DNA of 64,000 bases from the NCBI GenBank assembly GCA_963797095.1, contig CAWCNY010000002.1, forward strand, positions 768,001 to 832,000, given 5' to 3'. The position numbers were made by a program, and so were the translations under genes. The notes below the pieces were generated by a model, which worked only from the letters and a program-made list of their open reading frames with translations, was not told the origin of the DNA and did no database searches. Positions 62,477 through 64,000 of this stretch are shown one piece after another. The DNA comes from an uncultured Chloroflexia bacterium. GTDB taxonomy: Bacteria > Chloroflexota > Chloroflexia > QHBQ01 > JADMIH01. Numbering within the stretch: the first letter of the stretch is position 1; the number at the start of each line of letters is the position of its first letter.

Positions 62477-62901
62477 AGTACCTCCTCCTCCCATCTCCGG
62501 GGGACCGCCACAGAAGTGGCTTCCGACAAGATCACGGTCCGTGCGCTAGACGGCCTTCATCAAAATCAGCCGATTGATGCCGGAGGTCAATAAAAGCGGG
62601 ATCTCCCAGGAGCTTCCCGGCGGGTGCTTCTGTTCTCGGCAAGACTCGCAAGATAGAGTCCGCCTGCATATATGATAAAGCCCTGAAGTGGAAAATCAGG
62701 TATAGCTGCGTGACAGAATTGTAACAATCTCACTCTACGCTGTCGCGCACAAACAACTCATACCAAATAATGAGATGCCGCAACTTTCTGGTTCTTGGGT
62801 AAAGCAGATCGGGAGCACCCGGAGAGCATCCTCAACTCCCTCAATTGGGGAGGAGAACATACAGCTACCCAGCGTATTTGCAGATGCCGCCTGCCTCGCT
62901 T

Positions 62902-64000
62902 TTATTGCATTGATTTGGCTTCGGCCAGTAGTTGTTGGACTACTTTTTCGTTCTTGTCGTAGTTGCCTTCGCCGTAGTGGGTGTAGCGCAGGTGACCGTT
63001 TGCGTCTATGAAGTAGAAGGCGGGCCAGTAGTGGTTGCTGTAGGCTCGCCAGGTTTTGTAGTCGGGGTCGAGCACTACGGGCCACACTACACCTAGCTTC
63101 TTGGAGTTCTCCTGGACGTTGCTTAGTACGCGCTCGTAGGCGAATTCGGGGGTGTGAACGCCTATGATTTCGAGGCCCTGGTCGTGGTATTTGCTGTAGA
63201 GGTCTCGCACGTAGGGGATGGTGTTGATGCAGTTATAGCAGCCGAAGGTCCAGAAGTCTACTATCACTACTTTACCGCGCAGGCTTGCGAGGGTCAGCGG
63301 ATCGGAGTTGATCCAGTCGGTGGTGCCGGTAATCTCAGGGGCAACGCCGAGGTCTTTGAGGGCGATGCCGGGTCTGGGGGTTGGGGTCATTGTCATGGTT
63401 GGTTCCGGTGTAGAGGTGGCCGTAGCGGTGGGCTGCGGCCTGGGGGTGGAAGTGGCTGCGGGTGCGGCGGGTGCGGCGGGTGCGGCGGGTGCGGCGACCA
63501 TACCACCCATGTTTACGTTGGCGGTGTTCTTTGCTTCGGCCAGTAGCTCCTGGACAACGAGATCGTTGTTATCGTAGTTGCCTTCGCCGATGTGCTTGTA
63601 CCTGATACGGCCCGTGGCGTCTACGAAGTAGAAGGCGGGCCACCAGTGGTTATCGTAGGAGCGCCAGGTCTTGTAGTCGGGGTCGAATGCGACGGGCCAA
63701 TCGATATCCTGCGCCTGAATCGCGTTCTCTACGTTGGCGGGGACGTACTCGAAAGATAGCTCAGGTGTATGAACGCCTATGATTTCGAGGCCCTGGTCGT
63801 GATACTTCTCGTAGAGAGCCTGCACATAGGGGCGGGTGTTCGCGCAGTTGTAGCAGGCGTAGGTCCAGAAGTCTATGAGGACCACTTTGCCGCGCAGGTC
63901 AGCCATAGTCAGTGGTTCGGAGTTCCACCACTGGGTGATGCCTGTCAGTTCGGGGGCCTGGCCCAGGTCTTCGAGGGGAACGGCGGGTGTGGGCGTGACC
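62902..64000 (-). CDS. Tandem thioredoxin-like (DipZ/TlpA-type) redoxin, 5' end outside window
   Basis: Two domains, DFWTYACYNC and DFWTFGCYNC, each with GVHTPE and NHxWP; Pro/Thr linker; frame stays open to the window edge. Confidence 0.88.
   Translation of the reverse strand, partial: VTPTPAVPLEDLGQAPELTGITQWWNSEPLTMADLRGKVVLIDFWTYACYNCANTRPYVQALYEKYHDQGLEIIGVHTPELSFEYVPANVENAIQAQDIDWPVAFDPDYKTWRSYDNHWWPAFYFVDATGRIRYKHIGEGNYDNNDLVVQELLAEAKNTANVNMGGMVAAPAAPAAPAAPAATSTPRPQPTATATSTPEPTMTMTPTPRPGIALKDLGVAPEITGTTDWINSDPLTLASLRGKVVIVDFWTFGCYNCINTIPYVRDLYSKYHDQGLEIIGVHTPEFAYERVLSNVQENSKKLGVVWPVVLDPDYKTWRAYSNHYWPAFYFIDANGHLRYTHYGEGNYDKNEKVVQQLLAEAKSMQ

Noticed and set aside
62495-62900. Riboswitch or ncRNA in the leader of the hydrolase operon
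   Set aside because: Some hairpin potential but no recognisable aptamer consensus; would need an Rfam search
1-64000. tRNA/rRNA genes, prophage or integron
   Set aside because: No cloverleaf or rRNA signatures, phage genes, integrase or attC array recognised

Overview
Bacterial chromosomal segment, probably Chloroflexota (inferred from gene content and protein style). It starts at dnaA and carries mostly housekeeping genes: dnaA, M3 peptidase, MATE, hisS, polX, an icmA/icmB/meaB-like B12 mutase set, two acyl-CoA dehydrogenases, sbcD, an icd-like gene, topA, glycosyltransferases and regulators. Highlights: (1) an uninterrupted 1066-aa DnaE paralogue that has lost all three catalytic aspartates and much of the fingers domain but keeps PHP, HhH, a clamp-binding QLDLF motif, OB fold and C-terminal domain; (2) a three-layer nest of mobile elements, IS1182 > group II intron > second group II intron, in which the inner intron's EBS1 matches the codons of the RT catalytic motif it interrupts; (3) a fic gene broken by both an IS256 and a 371-bp non-autonomous IS200/IS605-type element; (4) tandem NrdR-like boxes next to DnaA boxes upstream of dnaA; (5) an atypical Asp->Glu response regulator, a giant acidic TPR protein and several unusually long perfect hairpins. 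A cluster of single-base frameshifts at 24.6-28.2 kb may be sequencing error. All calls are by eye from motifs; no database searches were run.
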